DNA of 63,870 nucleotides, the filler included, from Welwitschia mirabilis (taxonomy: Eukaryota): NCBI GenBank assembly GCA_051453625.1. It is 6 parts of one record of this genome, joined end to end, with 100 filler letters (N's around TTAATTAATTAA, not from the genome) between each part and the next. Parts side by side here need not be neighbours in the genome. Positions count along the whole stretch, not along the records: positions 50,042 to 63,870 come from JBOZIK010000001.1; 5 more parts are not named here. The stretch is one strand, 5' to 3'. A program made the translations under genes and the position numbers. The notes beneath the pieces were generated by a model. The model was not told where the DNA came from. It was given only the letters and a program-made list of their open reading frames with translations, and ran no database searches. Of the stretch, positions 50,042 to 63,870 are shown piece by piece (position 1 is the stretch's first letter; every line of letters begins with the position of its first letter).

Positions 50042-53000
50042 TGCAATGGTATTACAAAAATATCCAAAATTTAAGGATCCAAGGGCAGTAACAATGAGTG
50101 TTACATTAGAGGAAAACAAAAATATCAAAAGAGCTTAATCAGCATTAGAGCAAGTGTTAACATCATGCTATTACACATTTGTAAGAGACTTGATTTAGAA
50201 GGTAGAATAGAGCCCACTCGGATTCTCTTGGAATTAGCAGAAACATTATTTAAGAAACTCTTGGGGATTATCAAAGATTTAGTAGTCCAAATTAAAGAGT
50301 CATTCTACCCAATAGATGTGGTTATCATAGAGGTCAAACATAATGGACACTATCCATCACTTTTAAAAAAAGCTTTTTGTGCAACAACCCATTGCATTAT
50401 CAACACAAGAACTAGGATAATGAAGTGTCACATAGGAAATAAAAAGTTTTTAATTATAGTTTTTGATGCAACTAAGAAAGATCTACATGATGAATGGGAC
50501 ATGGAAAATAAAATCAAATCAACTTTATTCTTTCAACATCTTTCCCTTAAAGAAAGATGGATAATGTTACATGAATCAATGCTTTATGTCAATCCACTTA
50601 AAATTAAGAACTTAGAAACATTTAATACCTCCAACTTTGGGCATGACCTTTTAGATTAAAACAAAGAAGAAATAGAATCCTTAGAGTACAAGAAAGTCCA
50701 ACTATTAACAGCAAATAAAAACTTATACTTTAAGAGAGATCGTCCACTACATAAGTCAAAAACTAAAAATCTCAAGTTGAATTTAAACCTAAAAAATCTT
50801 CTTAGTGGACTGAAGTATATTCTTCTCTATAATGATCAAAACAAATCTATAATAATCAATAAAAATCTCTTTGCTAAGCAATAAAAATCTCTTTGCTAAG
50901 CAAGAGTCAACATTAATCTTCCTTTTGACTTTCAATATTTGTGCATTCTCTTGGTCTCATAAAGATTTATTTGCTATTCCTTCTCCTATTATTTAGCATA
51001 AAATATATCTTGAGGAAAATGCAAAACCTATTAGGAAACCACAAAAAATATTAAATCCAGCACTTAGACAAGTAGTTAAGAATGAAATCATCAAATTAAT
51101 GGATGTTAGAATCATTTACGCTATATCAGATAGTAAATGGGTTAGTTCCTTGACTATAGTATTGAAAAAAGGTGGAAAATAAAGAGTGTGCATAGATTTT
51201 AGAAAACTGAATGAAGTTATAAAAAAGGATCATTGTCCTTTCCTCTTCCTTGGCCAAAATACTTGATAGAATTTAGGGACATGCTTTTTATTACATTTTA
51301 GATGGATATAGTGATTACACCTAGGTTTGAATAGTTAGTAAAGACCAAGCTAAAACTACTTTTACTTCACCTTTTGGGATGTTTACTTTTAGATGAATGC
51401 CTTTTGGACTATTTAATACTCTTAAAACTTTTTAACATACTATGATGGACATTTTTTTAGATATGTTAGAGGACTCAATAGAAATATTTATGAATGACTT
51501 TTCAGTCTTTGGAGAAACTTTTGATCAAATTTTAGAAAGATTAGAAAAAGTCATTGATAAATGCATAAAGAAATATTATTTTTAGTTATAGGGGGAATTG
51601 TTCTAGGACATCACATCTCTAAGAAAGGAATTAAGATAAACCCTGAGAAAGTTGATATCATTCAAAAATCTAACTCCTTTAACCACTGTTAAATAACTCT
51701 AATCTTTCCTTGAATATTATGATTTGTATGCTAAAATCTATAAACCCTTACACTCCTTACTAGAAACAGAAGCTAAATTTGATTGTAACACATCTTGTTA
51801 GATTTCTTTTAATAAACTCAAACATAAACTCTCTTATGATCCTATTGTAACAAGACCTAATTGGGAAAAAAATTGAGTTAATCTATGATGCTAGTAATTT
51901 TGCTATAGGATGGGATGCTTAGATAAAAATATGGAAATAATTTTAAAGTCATATATTACCATAGTAAAATATTGTTTAAAGATTAAGCAGATTACTCAAC
52001 TACCGAGAGAGATATGCTAGCCATAATCTTTTGCCTCAATATTCTTAGATATTATCTTTTAGGTTTTTATATAAATATTTACACACATCATGTAGCAATT
52101 AAATACTTGATAACTAAGGGATATTCTAGTACTAGGTTGATTAGATGAATCCTTTTAATATAAAAATTCAATCTCACCATCATAGATAAGGTGGAAAAAC
52201 ATAGCAACATAACAGATCCCTTGTCATGCCTTACTTCTTCTAATGATATTACTATCAGTGATTCTTTTCTAGATGAATAACTATTTTTTGTATCTTCTAC
52301 TCATTCCTCTCTATGATATGTAGATATTATTAACTATTTTGTTACTTTAAAAACACCACAAAATTAGAGTCATAATCAAAGAAGATCTTTTCTCTATAGG
52401 ATAAGTGGCTACAAGTGGATAGTGTCCCATCTTTATCATAGGTGTAAGGATTAAATCATAAGAAAATGTATACCAGAATGAGAAAAACCTACTTTTATTC
52501 ACTTTTATGGTATTTATGATGGACATTTTAGTGGTTATAAAATAATCATAAAAATTCTCCACTCTAGATTCTATTGACCTAGTCTTTTTTAAGACTCCTT
52601 TGATTATGCTATAAGGTGTGATGCATGTTAATGTTTTGAAAGTTTTTATAATCATACAAAATGCCCCTTAAACCTATTCTTGAATGTGAGTCTTTTGAGT
52701 ATTGGGGAATTGATTTCATAGGCCTAAGTAAACCACCTTCTAAAAACAAAAATTACATTTTAGTATGTATAGGTTATGTGACTAAATGGATTGAAGTAGT
52801 TTCTACTTCTTCAAATGATGTCTAAACCATTTAACTTCATTAAAACTCAGTTTTTTCAATGTTTTAGATTTCCTTAAATAATTATTAGTAATCAAAGAGC
52901 TCATTTCATCAACCATTTTTTTATAAAACTTCTTTTACCCATTGGTATAGAATGTTAAGTATTTTATACTTACCATCCTCAAACTAATGGACAAGCTGAA

Positions 53001-56000
53001 AATTATAATAGATAAATCAAAAAAATGCTTTAAAATCTTGTCTCTACCAATAATAAGTCATGGGCTTTCAAACTGAATGATGTTCTTTGGGCTTACTCTA
53101 CTACTTTGCATAATTCACTTGGTTTCTTATCCTACAAATGTGTCTATAGTAAAGTTTGTGTTTTACCTGTTAATGTTTGTTACAATTCTTATCATTCTAC
53201 ACATCAACTTAATCTTATAAATTTAGAAGAGAATATTAAAGCTTTCTTAGCTTAATTAGATCATTAAGATGAAAAATGAACTTAGGCTATTCATCATCAA
53301 CTTATTCACAAAGCCCAAAGTAAGTTCAAATATAATAAAAAGCTGATTTATAAGAACTTTTAACTTGGTCAACTAGTCTTGTTATACAACACTAGAGTGA
53401 ATCTTCTAAAATGGTTAGGTCTTTACCTTATTAAAAAAGTATATTCTAATGGCTCTATTAATATTTCTGACTTAACCATTAAAAAAATGTAAAAAGTTAA
53501 GGGGCAAAGGTTGAAAATATATGAGTAACCTTCTAAAATAAACATGATAGAAGAACTAGCCTTGGAGGTTCCCCTCGATAAGAAGGACTTCTTCCCTACC
53601 ATTCCTTAAATTTTGTCTTCGTGTATTCCTTTGGAGACCATTATGACATTAGTTGATTATTTTTCAAAAATGCCTTATGTATTTATTTTATTTTAATAAA
53701 TAGTCTTTAACTTGGGTATTTTACAGTGAGAAAATTGGATTCATCCAATCTTAAGACATTTACATGTCTATAAAATTCATTTTAAAGGAAGATGATTTAT
53801 TTCTAGTTTTTCCTCAATGATGAAAAGATCTTATATTATTTAAGGATGTTCTTCTATCTTTTCATCTTATTACTTTGCCTTCTCCTTTTTGAAGTGGTTG
53901 ATCATGTGGGATTTATCTTGTGCATTACCAAAAAAAAAGTGAAATAAGACCATGATGTTTTATATTTGAGATACCTCAAAAATATGGTCACCATGATGTC
54001 CTATCCCAAGTACATTGGGGTAAATTTTCCTCAAAGAGGCATTTGACAATGTAATATAATAGTTGTAGAAACTCCATTGGGAGGTTAGTGGGCCATGCTT
54101 CATGGGTCCTTACTTCTCTGACTATGGTTGCACTTTCCTCATCATGGATATTAAACTAATAAAAAATTTAAGGATACAAGATCAATGGTATTCTTAGTGT
54201 CATCAGAGGCATTACTTATTTCTTAGACATTTAGTCTTTTTACATAATCATTTCATTTCTAAGGATTTAGGTGTTTGTTTTGATATGTAAGCAGGTGAGT
54301 TCATTTTTTAGTAACTCTTTAATCTTATCACTTATTGTTTAAAGCATTTGATTTTTGGCATCATCATAATCACTGCCTTATTAAATGGAGTTTTACATAT
54401 TTATACATTTAGTCATGCATTTTTAAAATCAAGTGATGTTATAATTTCTTCTATGGAAGTTTGCTAAGTTAAAATTTAGAGTAGGTAAGCTATCTTTTTT
54501 ATGTTGTCTTATGTCCATTCTTTTTGTTTTCTTTATTGATTAGTTAGTTGTTTAAAAGTTATATTCATATTTTTTTAATCATTTTAGAACCTTAATATTT
54601 AATGGTTTATTTGCCTATTTTTCAATAAAAAATTAATTTCTTGCTTAAATAAGTTTTTTTACGAGTTTTTGATGTTCATTTTTCAATCTTTTGGAGTCCT
54701 AGATAATGTTCATAATCATTTTGTCAAGGCACATTTGTTAAGTACTCATGGATCTGCTTCATCATGATTAGAACATTTTCATTCTTAAACTTTGTAAATG
54801 CTTGTCAGAGTATTTTCTATGTTTCTATTTTTTAAATTTAACATTTCTATACTCATCTTTGTGCTTAATTTGTTAAATGTTAAAATTCAAAAATATCCAT
54901 TGTCCATCTTCTCATCTTGACATATTGATCTTCATCTAATTTGTTTGCTTCATTAGCTAACATGAGATGTACTATTTTTCTTAGGGGAGGGGAGGACTTA
55001 TTTTTAAGACTCATTTTTCATAATTTTTACACTAGAGCTTTCATGAGACATAATTTTTGAAATTTTCATATACATAATCCATTACATGTTATTTTGCTAT
55101 GTGATGTATTTGAGATTATTTATAAGCCTACTTTATAATTTTTAAATTGAATTTTTTAAAGATAATTTCACTTGCGATTATAGTTATTTGTCTAGTTTTT
55201 ATCAAAGATTGACAAAGGCTAAGTGGAAGGTTATGATGCATTGACAAATTATATGTATTTAATTGGGTGTTATGAGCTATTTTGTAGGACATTTATACCA
55301 GTTTAGATGCAATTCTAAGTATTATAAAGAGTTGATGAATGATCATAAAAATGCACAATTCTTGGCATGTTTAGAGGGATTTCAGGTACTTTCTAATGAT
55401 CAACACCTTAGAGGAAGATCACTAATGAAAAATGTAGACTTCTCTTGAGTTAAAAAGATAAGGAGAACCATCATCCCATCTATTGTCCCTAGGACATGCA
55501 GGATGACAGCCATTTACAAGCCAAGTTGAATGCTGATGTGGACTGACATGGACTAAAGTAGGAACTAATGTAGTAAATGTGTTGTTCTCCAGGTTGTTCT
55601 CATGACATTAAGGATGACGAATGATAATGCATGTATCATCATCCTCTTGGTATTCCCATAATAGTCAGGACGATAGCTGAAACAAATAGCTAATCTTATT
55701 TCATTTCATCTATTTCTTTTCCTAATTTGAACATCTTTTTTAGCATATTTTATGTGATAGTTTTTCCTTCTTCATCCTATGCACCAGACATTCTCATGAT
55801 AGGAGATTAGAAGGTGGAAGATCCATCTTGTGAGTTGCAGAAAGACATTCCCTTGGTAAAGGGCTGTGCATCCTCCATTAAGTTCAGATATTTTATAATC
55901 CAAATGCTACTTTAATTTTTACTATAAAACTTTATTTCTTTATTATGCATTTATACTATTAATTTCCCTTATGGTTTATATCGTTATTGATTTGGTGATA

Positions 56001-56642
56001 GTCTTATTAATAATATAGGTCTTAAGGGTAATCCTCTTTAAAGTTGACAAAAGTAGTTTAGATACATTTTACATTACATTTATTCGAATTACTTGATAGC
56101 CAAAATTAGTATTGGTTAGTGACAATATCCTTGGATAATTTAAGTTATATAGGACTAATCTTCCTGACAAGTCAATTTAATAATCAAATATCTATTCATT
56201 TAGATTAAGTCACAGTTGCATTGCATTGCATAGTTATTTTCCTGCATTATTTCGAGGTGTTTGTTACTTTATTCTCTTTGGCAATTAATTCTCATTCTTC
56301 TCTCACATACCTTCAATGGGTTTATGACATTTGGGTCACTCCCATCTATACTAGAGTATCATATTTTGCAATATATATTTCAATTAATAAGTTTGAATAA
56401 GACATAAAGGATTGTAAAAATATATACTATAAGGGCTTATCTTCCTAACAAGTCAATTTAGTAATTGAAGTGGTGTTCAGTTAGATTAAGTAACATTTGT
56501 AATGCATTGCATAGTTATTTTCCTATACTATTCCTAAGTTTTAGTTATCTTATTCTCTTTGGAAATTAATTCTTCTTCTTTTCTTGCATGCCTTCAATAG
56601 GTTTACAACATTTGAGTCATTCATATTTATACTAGAGTGTCA
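50042..56642 (+). mobile_element. Heavily decayed Athila-like element: protease, RT, RNase H, integrase, 3' region and LTR
   Basis: ISDSKWVS, RVCIDFRKLN, LDGYSDY, MPFGL, IFMNDFSVFG, WGIDFIG, YHPQTNGQAE, VKGQRLKIY. PPT followed by TGATG LTR start at 55234. LTR ends at 56361 or 56642. Confidence 0.9.
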
Positions 56643-56899
56643 TATCTTGTAATATATATTTTAACTAATAGGTTTTAGTAATACATAAAGAATTGTAAAA
56701 ATACACATTACAACATTATATCTCCTTATTCTTCCAAAGCCATAGTTACTTTTTTCCTTAGGAATATTATCTATCAGTTTAGAGATCATTGAAATCTTAT
56801 ATTTGATAGAGAAGCTTATTTTATTAGTGAAATTTTCAAGAAACTCTTACCTAAACATGAAATCCATTGTTGCAGTGCATATTTATGCAATGTTACGTC

Positions 56900-59800
56900 T
56901 TAAGTAGAATCTTTTTAATTACAAAAAATAATGCATAAACACAACACACTAATATAGACAGGAGTTAACTAGAATGTCATAATNNNNNNNNNNNNNNNNN
57001 NNNNNNNNNNNNNNNNNNNNNNNNNNNNNNNNNNNNNNNNNNNNNNNNNNNNNNNNNNNNNNNNNNNNNNNNNNNNNNNNNNNTAATATAGACAGGAGTT
57101 AACTAAAATGTCATAATCTATTAAAGGTCGAAGTAGAAAATAAGAAAGTTGCTTTCAAAAGAGAAATGTCATAACCTAATCTATATAAATAACTTGCAAT
57201 GCATGAAAATAAAATGAAACAAACTTGTGCAAAGCTAATCTAGGAAAAAGAAATAAAAATGCACTTAACCTAAACTAACTAAGCATAACCTTAATAAAGG
57301 TTGCCCTCATAACCTATATCACAAGAGAAAATATTAGTAGATCTTAAGAAACATAAGCTATGAGAGAAAATAACATTCACACATTAAAGCATAAAAAGGA
57401 AATGTTTTGTATTAAGAATCATACTTCATCCATGTTATAAAGTAGTCATACCTTAATGGGAAAAACACCATATAATACTAAGAAAACATCTCTCTGAACT
57501 ATCGGATGATTATTCAATCTTTTGATCTTCCATCATGATAATTTTGGATGAAAATGAAGATAAGGAGGAGTTGAGGAAGAGATCTCTATTTATTAACTAA
57601 AAGAATAAAATAGTATAAATAGAAAGATGTGGGTAAACTGTATCGGTTATGCAGAGAGAAACAAAAATATAAGTGGTAAAAGTTTGATATATGCTTAGTA
57701 TGGACATTACAACAATGTCATTCGGCTAATCATCCAGGTAATAAAGGAGACAATTCTACCTAATAATTCATTCACATCAGCTGCTAGTTAGATATCAATC
57801 GACATTCAGTTAGTATAATCACCTGTACTATTGTCTAGATGATGATGTGGACAATGGACTTCATAATTCTTCAGTTGTTACATTAGCCTTAATGTTGGCA
57901 GGAAGTTATCTCAGAAATACAAAGTATTTATATTTACTTAGAATGCTTGTAAGTTATCATGGAGATTGCATATTTCCATCTTTTTCATCTTATGTATTGA
58001 TTATCATGGAAACTAGGCATTTACCTATTCATTTACCTTTAAAACAACTCAGAATACCCTATCAAATATGCATAAGTTAGTAGTGCAACATAGCCCTATT
58101 CCATTTAGCCTTGTTAGTTCCTAATAAAACTAGGTGGTAATCCATGTTTACGAGTCAACTTATTAGAAAATAAAATAACTAGGCTACCTAAAGAAATTAT
58201 GTCAAAAATATTTATATAATATTTCAGAGATAGAAAACTTAATTTTTAAAAAATTAAAAACACTAAACAAAACACTTATGAAGCTTAGCAACTAGTCATC
58301 TGAGTCATTGTCCAGATGATGGAGGAAACGACAGGCTCACAAAAGGGTTTTGAAAACTGGAACTTCTAACAAAAATTGATTTTCGTAGATAATCAGTTAA
58401 TCATAATAAATAGCCCCTCACTAAAATAAATAGATAAGTATAAATGATTTGCTCAAGTATAATGAAATCCTCATCATAAAAATAGAAAGATAATCATGTA
58501 AAAATTAGAAAGAAATAGTACACCATGCTTAAAAAAATGATATGTCTATCTAATATTATAAGAGAGTTTTTAATAGAAAAAGTGTAAAAGGGGAGATACA
58601 AAATATCATTTAAAATTACTTTCCTCATCTATACATGATGAATTCTGGTTCAACAGCTGGCTTAGGATCAGGGGGAGAAAAAGGAGAATGCTCAGGATCT
58701 ACAAGAAGATAGACATCTAAAGATGTAATAATAGATCTGATTGTTTCATTTCCCTAGATATGAACTGACTCTAGAATGTCTACAATCACATTCTACTACA
58801 TAAATACAATACACTAACACATCTCCACCATCTGATCTTCTATGTACTTGTTAGTGGCCTAAATTTACACTTCAAAAGTAATCAATGCTTGAAACAAGGT
58901 AATTGTAACTAGGCTTAGTATAAGATGATTTAACCAATAGATGTCGTAATCTAGAGAGCGTAAGGGTATAATCTAATCAATCATATAAATAAAAAAGAAT
59001 GTACTTTTAATTTTAATCCAATGTTTTTAATCAAATTTGTGTTTTTTTAATGCAAAAAGAAAAATCTAGAATGTAACTATTCTAATGTGTAATAAAACTT
59101 ATGAAAGAAAGATGAGATGCAAGCTTCTGATAACCAAATTTCTGAGTTGTTATCACCCAACTCAACCCTTATGACCTATGTTTAATTTAGTATTAATCTA
59201 AAAAAATAGTATTAATTAAACTTTAATACAAATCATAAGAGAAATCATAAGATTTAAAGAAGAAAGAGATTTTATTAATTGAATTGAATGACTTACCATA
59301 CCTTAGCAAGATAGTGACTCCTCAATGTTAGAAGCATAGCCTAATTACCAAGAATGATCTCTCCTATGCTGAAATGAAACCTTGACTTCTTGGATGCCTA
59401 ATCGAGGATGACAGTTATTTTATTAGTGTTTTCCTCCACTTTTTGCTCCACTTTTTCCTTGATTGAATTCTTGTTGTACTAGATAAAAATATGGAATTTA
59501 AGGTCATAATTAGATTATTAGATTAGTTTATGACAAAATGCCTGAAAATAACTGATTTGAGTTCCTATTCCTTGTAAAACATTACCAATTACACCATTAA
59601 AATATGGAAATTTGGGATCGCAATATAGCCCCCCCCAGTGTTTTGTTAGTCCCTTGACAAACAAGGTAAAAGAGGACTTTATAATGCCAAATTATTAGGG
59701 AAGAAAAGCCTCAAAATCAAATCAAAAGTTACATCGCATGTCTAGATAAATTGGTAATTTAAGATAAAATAAAGTCATCATCATTACATAATTATTGATT

Positions 59801-62800
59801 ACTAGTTCTAAGAAAATAATGTGCCTAAGTATAATAATATGAAAGAAATATAGTTTTTGCAAAACTCAGAATCACATCAATAGTCATGGCTCCCTGTGTG
59901 AAGAGGACCAGAACTCAACATTCATGTCAGTGTCTTCCTTGCCACTTGTCTTCATAGGTGGCTCAATGATAGGCTTTAAAATTTTTATTAAATTAGGCTC
60001 AAAGTTGAAAATAAATCATGGATCCTAAGTCAGCGATTTGTGAAGAATCTAGTAAGAAGTCTTAATCTCTCTAGTTAGTCTAAAATAGCATTTGAAGGGG
60101 TCTAATAGGGATGTCCAAGAAAATTTTGATGCTTTAGCAATTTTCTCAATTTTAAACTAATCCAAATTGAAGTGCCTTTAAGTTTTCTAGCTGAGAAGAG
60201 GATAAGGATCATGAATTATGAAATGAATTTTCCATATCTTGAAATTTTATATCATCTCCTTTGTCATGAGGATGACATAAGATACTATAGTTGTTAACAA
60301 CTATCATGACATGTGTCAGGGGAATGATATTTAAAATGATAGATTCTTTAAATGCAAATGCATAAGATAAGTTCAGAATTTAAAGTGGGATAGTTATATA
60401 GATATCAGGAAAGCTTAATCAATGTTAAGCACAATAGAAATTTGAGGTAACAATGGGTCATGAGGTGATAGAGATATAAAGACTAGACATTATAATTTGA
60501 AATGCAAAAAATTGAACCCTATCATGTTTACAATATTTTTCAAGGCTAGTGGTTGAATGATAGAATGCATAGAATCCCTGATAGATAACTTGACTTAGCT
60601 AAAGAATTAAACCTAATAAGAATTTTAAGAGAATGCAATTTAATTTTGAGAATTTTTGATTTAACTATTGAATTCTGAAGGAAATGGATTTAAATAACAT
60701 GAAGAGGGTTAGTCCCTTTTATTCTAGATGCCAACTTAACAAGACCCACATAGGATAATTGTCAGATTAATAAATGTGAAAGATATACATGACACAATGC
60801 TTTAAAGATAATAGATTCAGAAGTAAGTGATTATGAAGAGATGCTCATCAAGGTACTCATAAAAATTTTTGAGTGCTTTTTATCTTCCTTCTTCTTTCTT
60901 TATCTTCCTTGTTCGCACTTTTTCTCTCTTTTCTTTTTGTTTTTTTGGTGTTTTATTTAGAGAGATATTGAGTGTTAAGAAACACTATTCTTCATGATGA
61001 AGAAGGTGTAACCATTATCATACAAGAAGGGATCGATAAATAAAAACCCGATCATGACCAACTATTCCCTAGGTTAAGTTTTCACAGCTACCATATCATA
61101 TTGCCAAAAGAGAATGGACCTGAAAGACAATTATTCCTCTGATGCACTTATGATAGAATACCATGGAATTAAACAACATTTCTTTTTTCATTTAAAGGTA
61201 TTTGAACTTTTCTAATGAGGTAATTGATGATCATCAAGGATTCATAAGTATTTAAATACCTTGAATTTGAATAAAGCCAAAATCATTACTTGTTGAACTT
61301 CATGAATCTTAATGATGGAGCATTGTTCATATGAAAGATAATTAATTTATCTGATGAATCCAAAATATGTTAAGTTAAGAATTCATCTAGAAAATAATAA
61401 GGGAAGGGACTCCTCTTTTTCAAGAAGAGGTCCTCTAACTCAACTACTTCTATCATGTTAACTAAGTAAGAGCAATCATCAGGTGACTGATAATGCTTCA
61501 AATTTTGTCCATTTTCCTTCATAATTTCATTAGTTTTTAGATCAAAAATTTCAATTGAACTATTCAAATGCACTTTCTCAATTAGATATGAGTCTAACCA
61601 TCTAGAAGTCAGTTTTCTATGAATTAAATGAATTCTAGCATTAAAGAGTAGAACATACTAGCCAAGGTAAAAGTCTTTATGCACAAGATTTTTATCATGT
61701 TCATATTTGGCTTAGGACTTGACTTTAAGTTAGCAATGAAGAGCTTGAGTTCTCTTTTCATTAAGTTGATTCAATTGGGTTAATCTTTCTTGAAGATTAT
61801 CAACATGAGAAAAAGGTTAAGTTAATGAACTATTTTGTAAGAATTATAGCACACATCAACTGGAAGCACACATTCTTTCCCAAGACAAGTTCATAAGAGG
61901 ATAAACCTAAAGAATTATGCTAGGTTATATGATAAGCCCAAAGGATGTCATTAAGATGAAGTACCCACGATTTTCGAGATATGTTGTAGAGTTTGAAGAT
62001 TACTTTCTTGATCTCATAATTAGCATTTTCAGCTTGCCCATTTGATTGGAGATGATAATAGTTAGCTATTTTATGTTTAATTCTAACTAAAAGTAAGAGT
62101 TTACTAAGGATCTTATTAATANNNNNNNNNNNNNNNNNNNNNNNNNNNNNNNNNNNNNNNNNNNNNNNNNNNNNNNNNNNNNNNNNNNNNNNNNNNNNNN
62201 NNNNNNNNNNNNNNNNNNNNNNNNNNNNNNNNNNNNNNNNNNNNNNNNNNNNNNNNNNNNNNNNNNNNNNNNNNNNNNNNNNNNNNNNNNNNNNNNNNNN
62301 NNNNNNNNNNNNNNNNNNNNNNNNNNNNNNNNNNNNNNNNNNNNNNNNNNNNNNNNNNNNNNNNNNNNNNNNNNNNNNNNNNNNNNNNNNNNNNNNNNNN
62401 NNNNNNNNNNNNNNNNNNNNNNNNNNNNNNNNNNNNNNNNNNNNNNNNNNNNNNNNNNNNNNNNNNNNNNNNNNNNNNNNNNNNNNNNNNNNNNNNNNNN
62501 NNNNNNNNNNNNNNNNNNNNNNNNNNNNNNNNNNNNNNNNNNNNNNNNNNNNNNNNNNNNNNNNNNNNNNNNNNNNNNNNNNNNNNNNNNNNNNNNNNNN
62601 NNNNNNNNNNNNNNNNNNNNNNNNNNNNNNNNNNNNNNNNNNNNNNNNNNNNNNNNNNNNNNNNNNNNNNNNNNNNNNNNNNNNNNNNNNNNNNNNNNNN
62701 NNNNNNNNNNNNNNNNNNNNNNNNNNNNNNNNNNNNNNNNNNNNNNNNNNNNNNNNNNNNNTTTCTAAGGATCTTATTAATAAAGTTGTTAACTTTATCA

Positions 62801-63870
62801 AAAACTAGAATCCTAAGAAATCCAAATCTATTAAATATGTTTTATCTAAAAAACTAGTAAATAGTTTTTACATCACAAGTCTATGTAGAAATATCTTTAA
62901 CTAATTTTGTTACATAATTGACTACCACTAATATATAATGTTTTCTACATGAATGGGGCTTGAGAGATCCTACAAAGTCTATACCTCAATAATTAAAAGG
63001 TTCATATTAAAAAATAGGTGTAAGAGGCATGTCATAAGTCTGAGTAACCTCCAGATCATTGACAAGAATCACACTTCCTAGAAAAGTCAAAGGAATCTTT
63101 GAATACAGAGGACTAATATAATTCTAAATGTAAGATTTTTCATAGTAGTCTTTTCTCTATTAAAATAACCTCCACAAACTCTGCCATGATAAATAAAAAG
63201 AATGTTTTTTTTACTCCCATTCAAGAATACATTTGCGCATGATTTGATCTTTGTATCGACTATATAGATGAAGTTCAATCCATTTGTAGTTACCTATCCA
63301 ATGAAGGAAATATTTTCATTGGTTTCTATTCCAATAAGAAGGTATTTGAAGTGTGATAAGATAATTCATGATGTTAGCGTACCAAGAAGTAGGTTGTTTT
63401 GAATATAATTCATAAAATTATTCAACCATTAAAAATTATTTATCTGGGAAATCATCATAAATGGATTAATTAAAAGAATTAGGAAAAGTATCAAAAGGAA
63501 GTCTAGAAATATGATCATCTACTAGATTTTGTTTTCTTGCCTTGTCCACTATTATCAAATTGAATTCTTGTAACACAAAAGTACCCATCATATCAGGCAT
63601 GCACTAGAATATTTCTTTATCATTAAATGTCTAAGGGCCACATGATCTGTATAAATATAAGTGTGAAAACCAAGGAGGTAATGTCAAAGTTTGTCTAGAC
63701 AAAAGATAATTTTTAGCATTTCCTTTTCAGTAGTTATTTAGTTGAGTTGAAAACCAGAAAGTGTTTTACTAATGTAGCTAATGACTTTCATCACTTTCTC
63801 ATGTTTTTGTCCTAACACCCCACCTACAGCAAGATTACTAGCATCACACATTAACTCAAAGTCTTTATTC
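56900..63870 (-). mobile_element. Decayed Athila-like element(s): RNase H, integrase and long 3'/LTR-derived region
   Basis: CDASNLAVGGVLGQ at the right end, VCGGYF, YHLQSNGQAE, ENGQNLKHY. G-rich PPT (+ strand atagcccccccag) near 59625-59638. Left boundary approximate. Confidence 0.8.

Overview
AT-rich, gapped scaffold from a large-genome land plant. A fern or gymnosperm is inferred from the very long introns and an RTE-X-like LINE. The only host gene is a RabC/Rab18 GTPase on the minus strand, seen as three internal exons (20964-21029, 20740-20861, 15188-15316); its first exons and its last exon were not found in the window. The rest is mostly decayed, nested retroelements: Ty1/copia (including a Sirevirus-like env-bearing remnant, a gag-only mini-element and a TRIM), Athila-like Ty3/gypsy and a LINE. 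The most notable object is a ~6 kb decayed endogenous pararetrovirus (Caulimoviridae) at ~8340-14340. It has capsid, protease, RT and RNase H, then an apparently in-frame ~570-codon extension of unknown function with a CxxC-x3-CxxC motif, then a TATA/leader-hairpin region. It lies antisense to RabC and under 1 kb from one of its exons. TTAATTAATTAA spacers and duplicated gap flanks are assembly artefacts. Element boundaries without terminal signals are approximate, and all family assignments come from motif recognition, not database searches.
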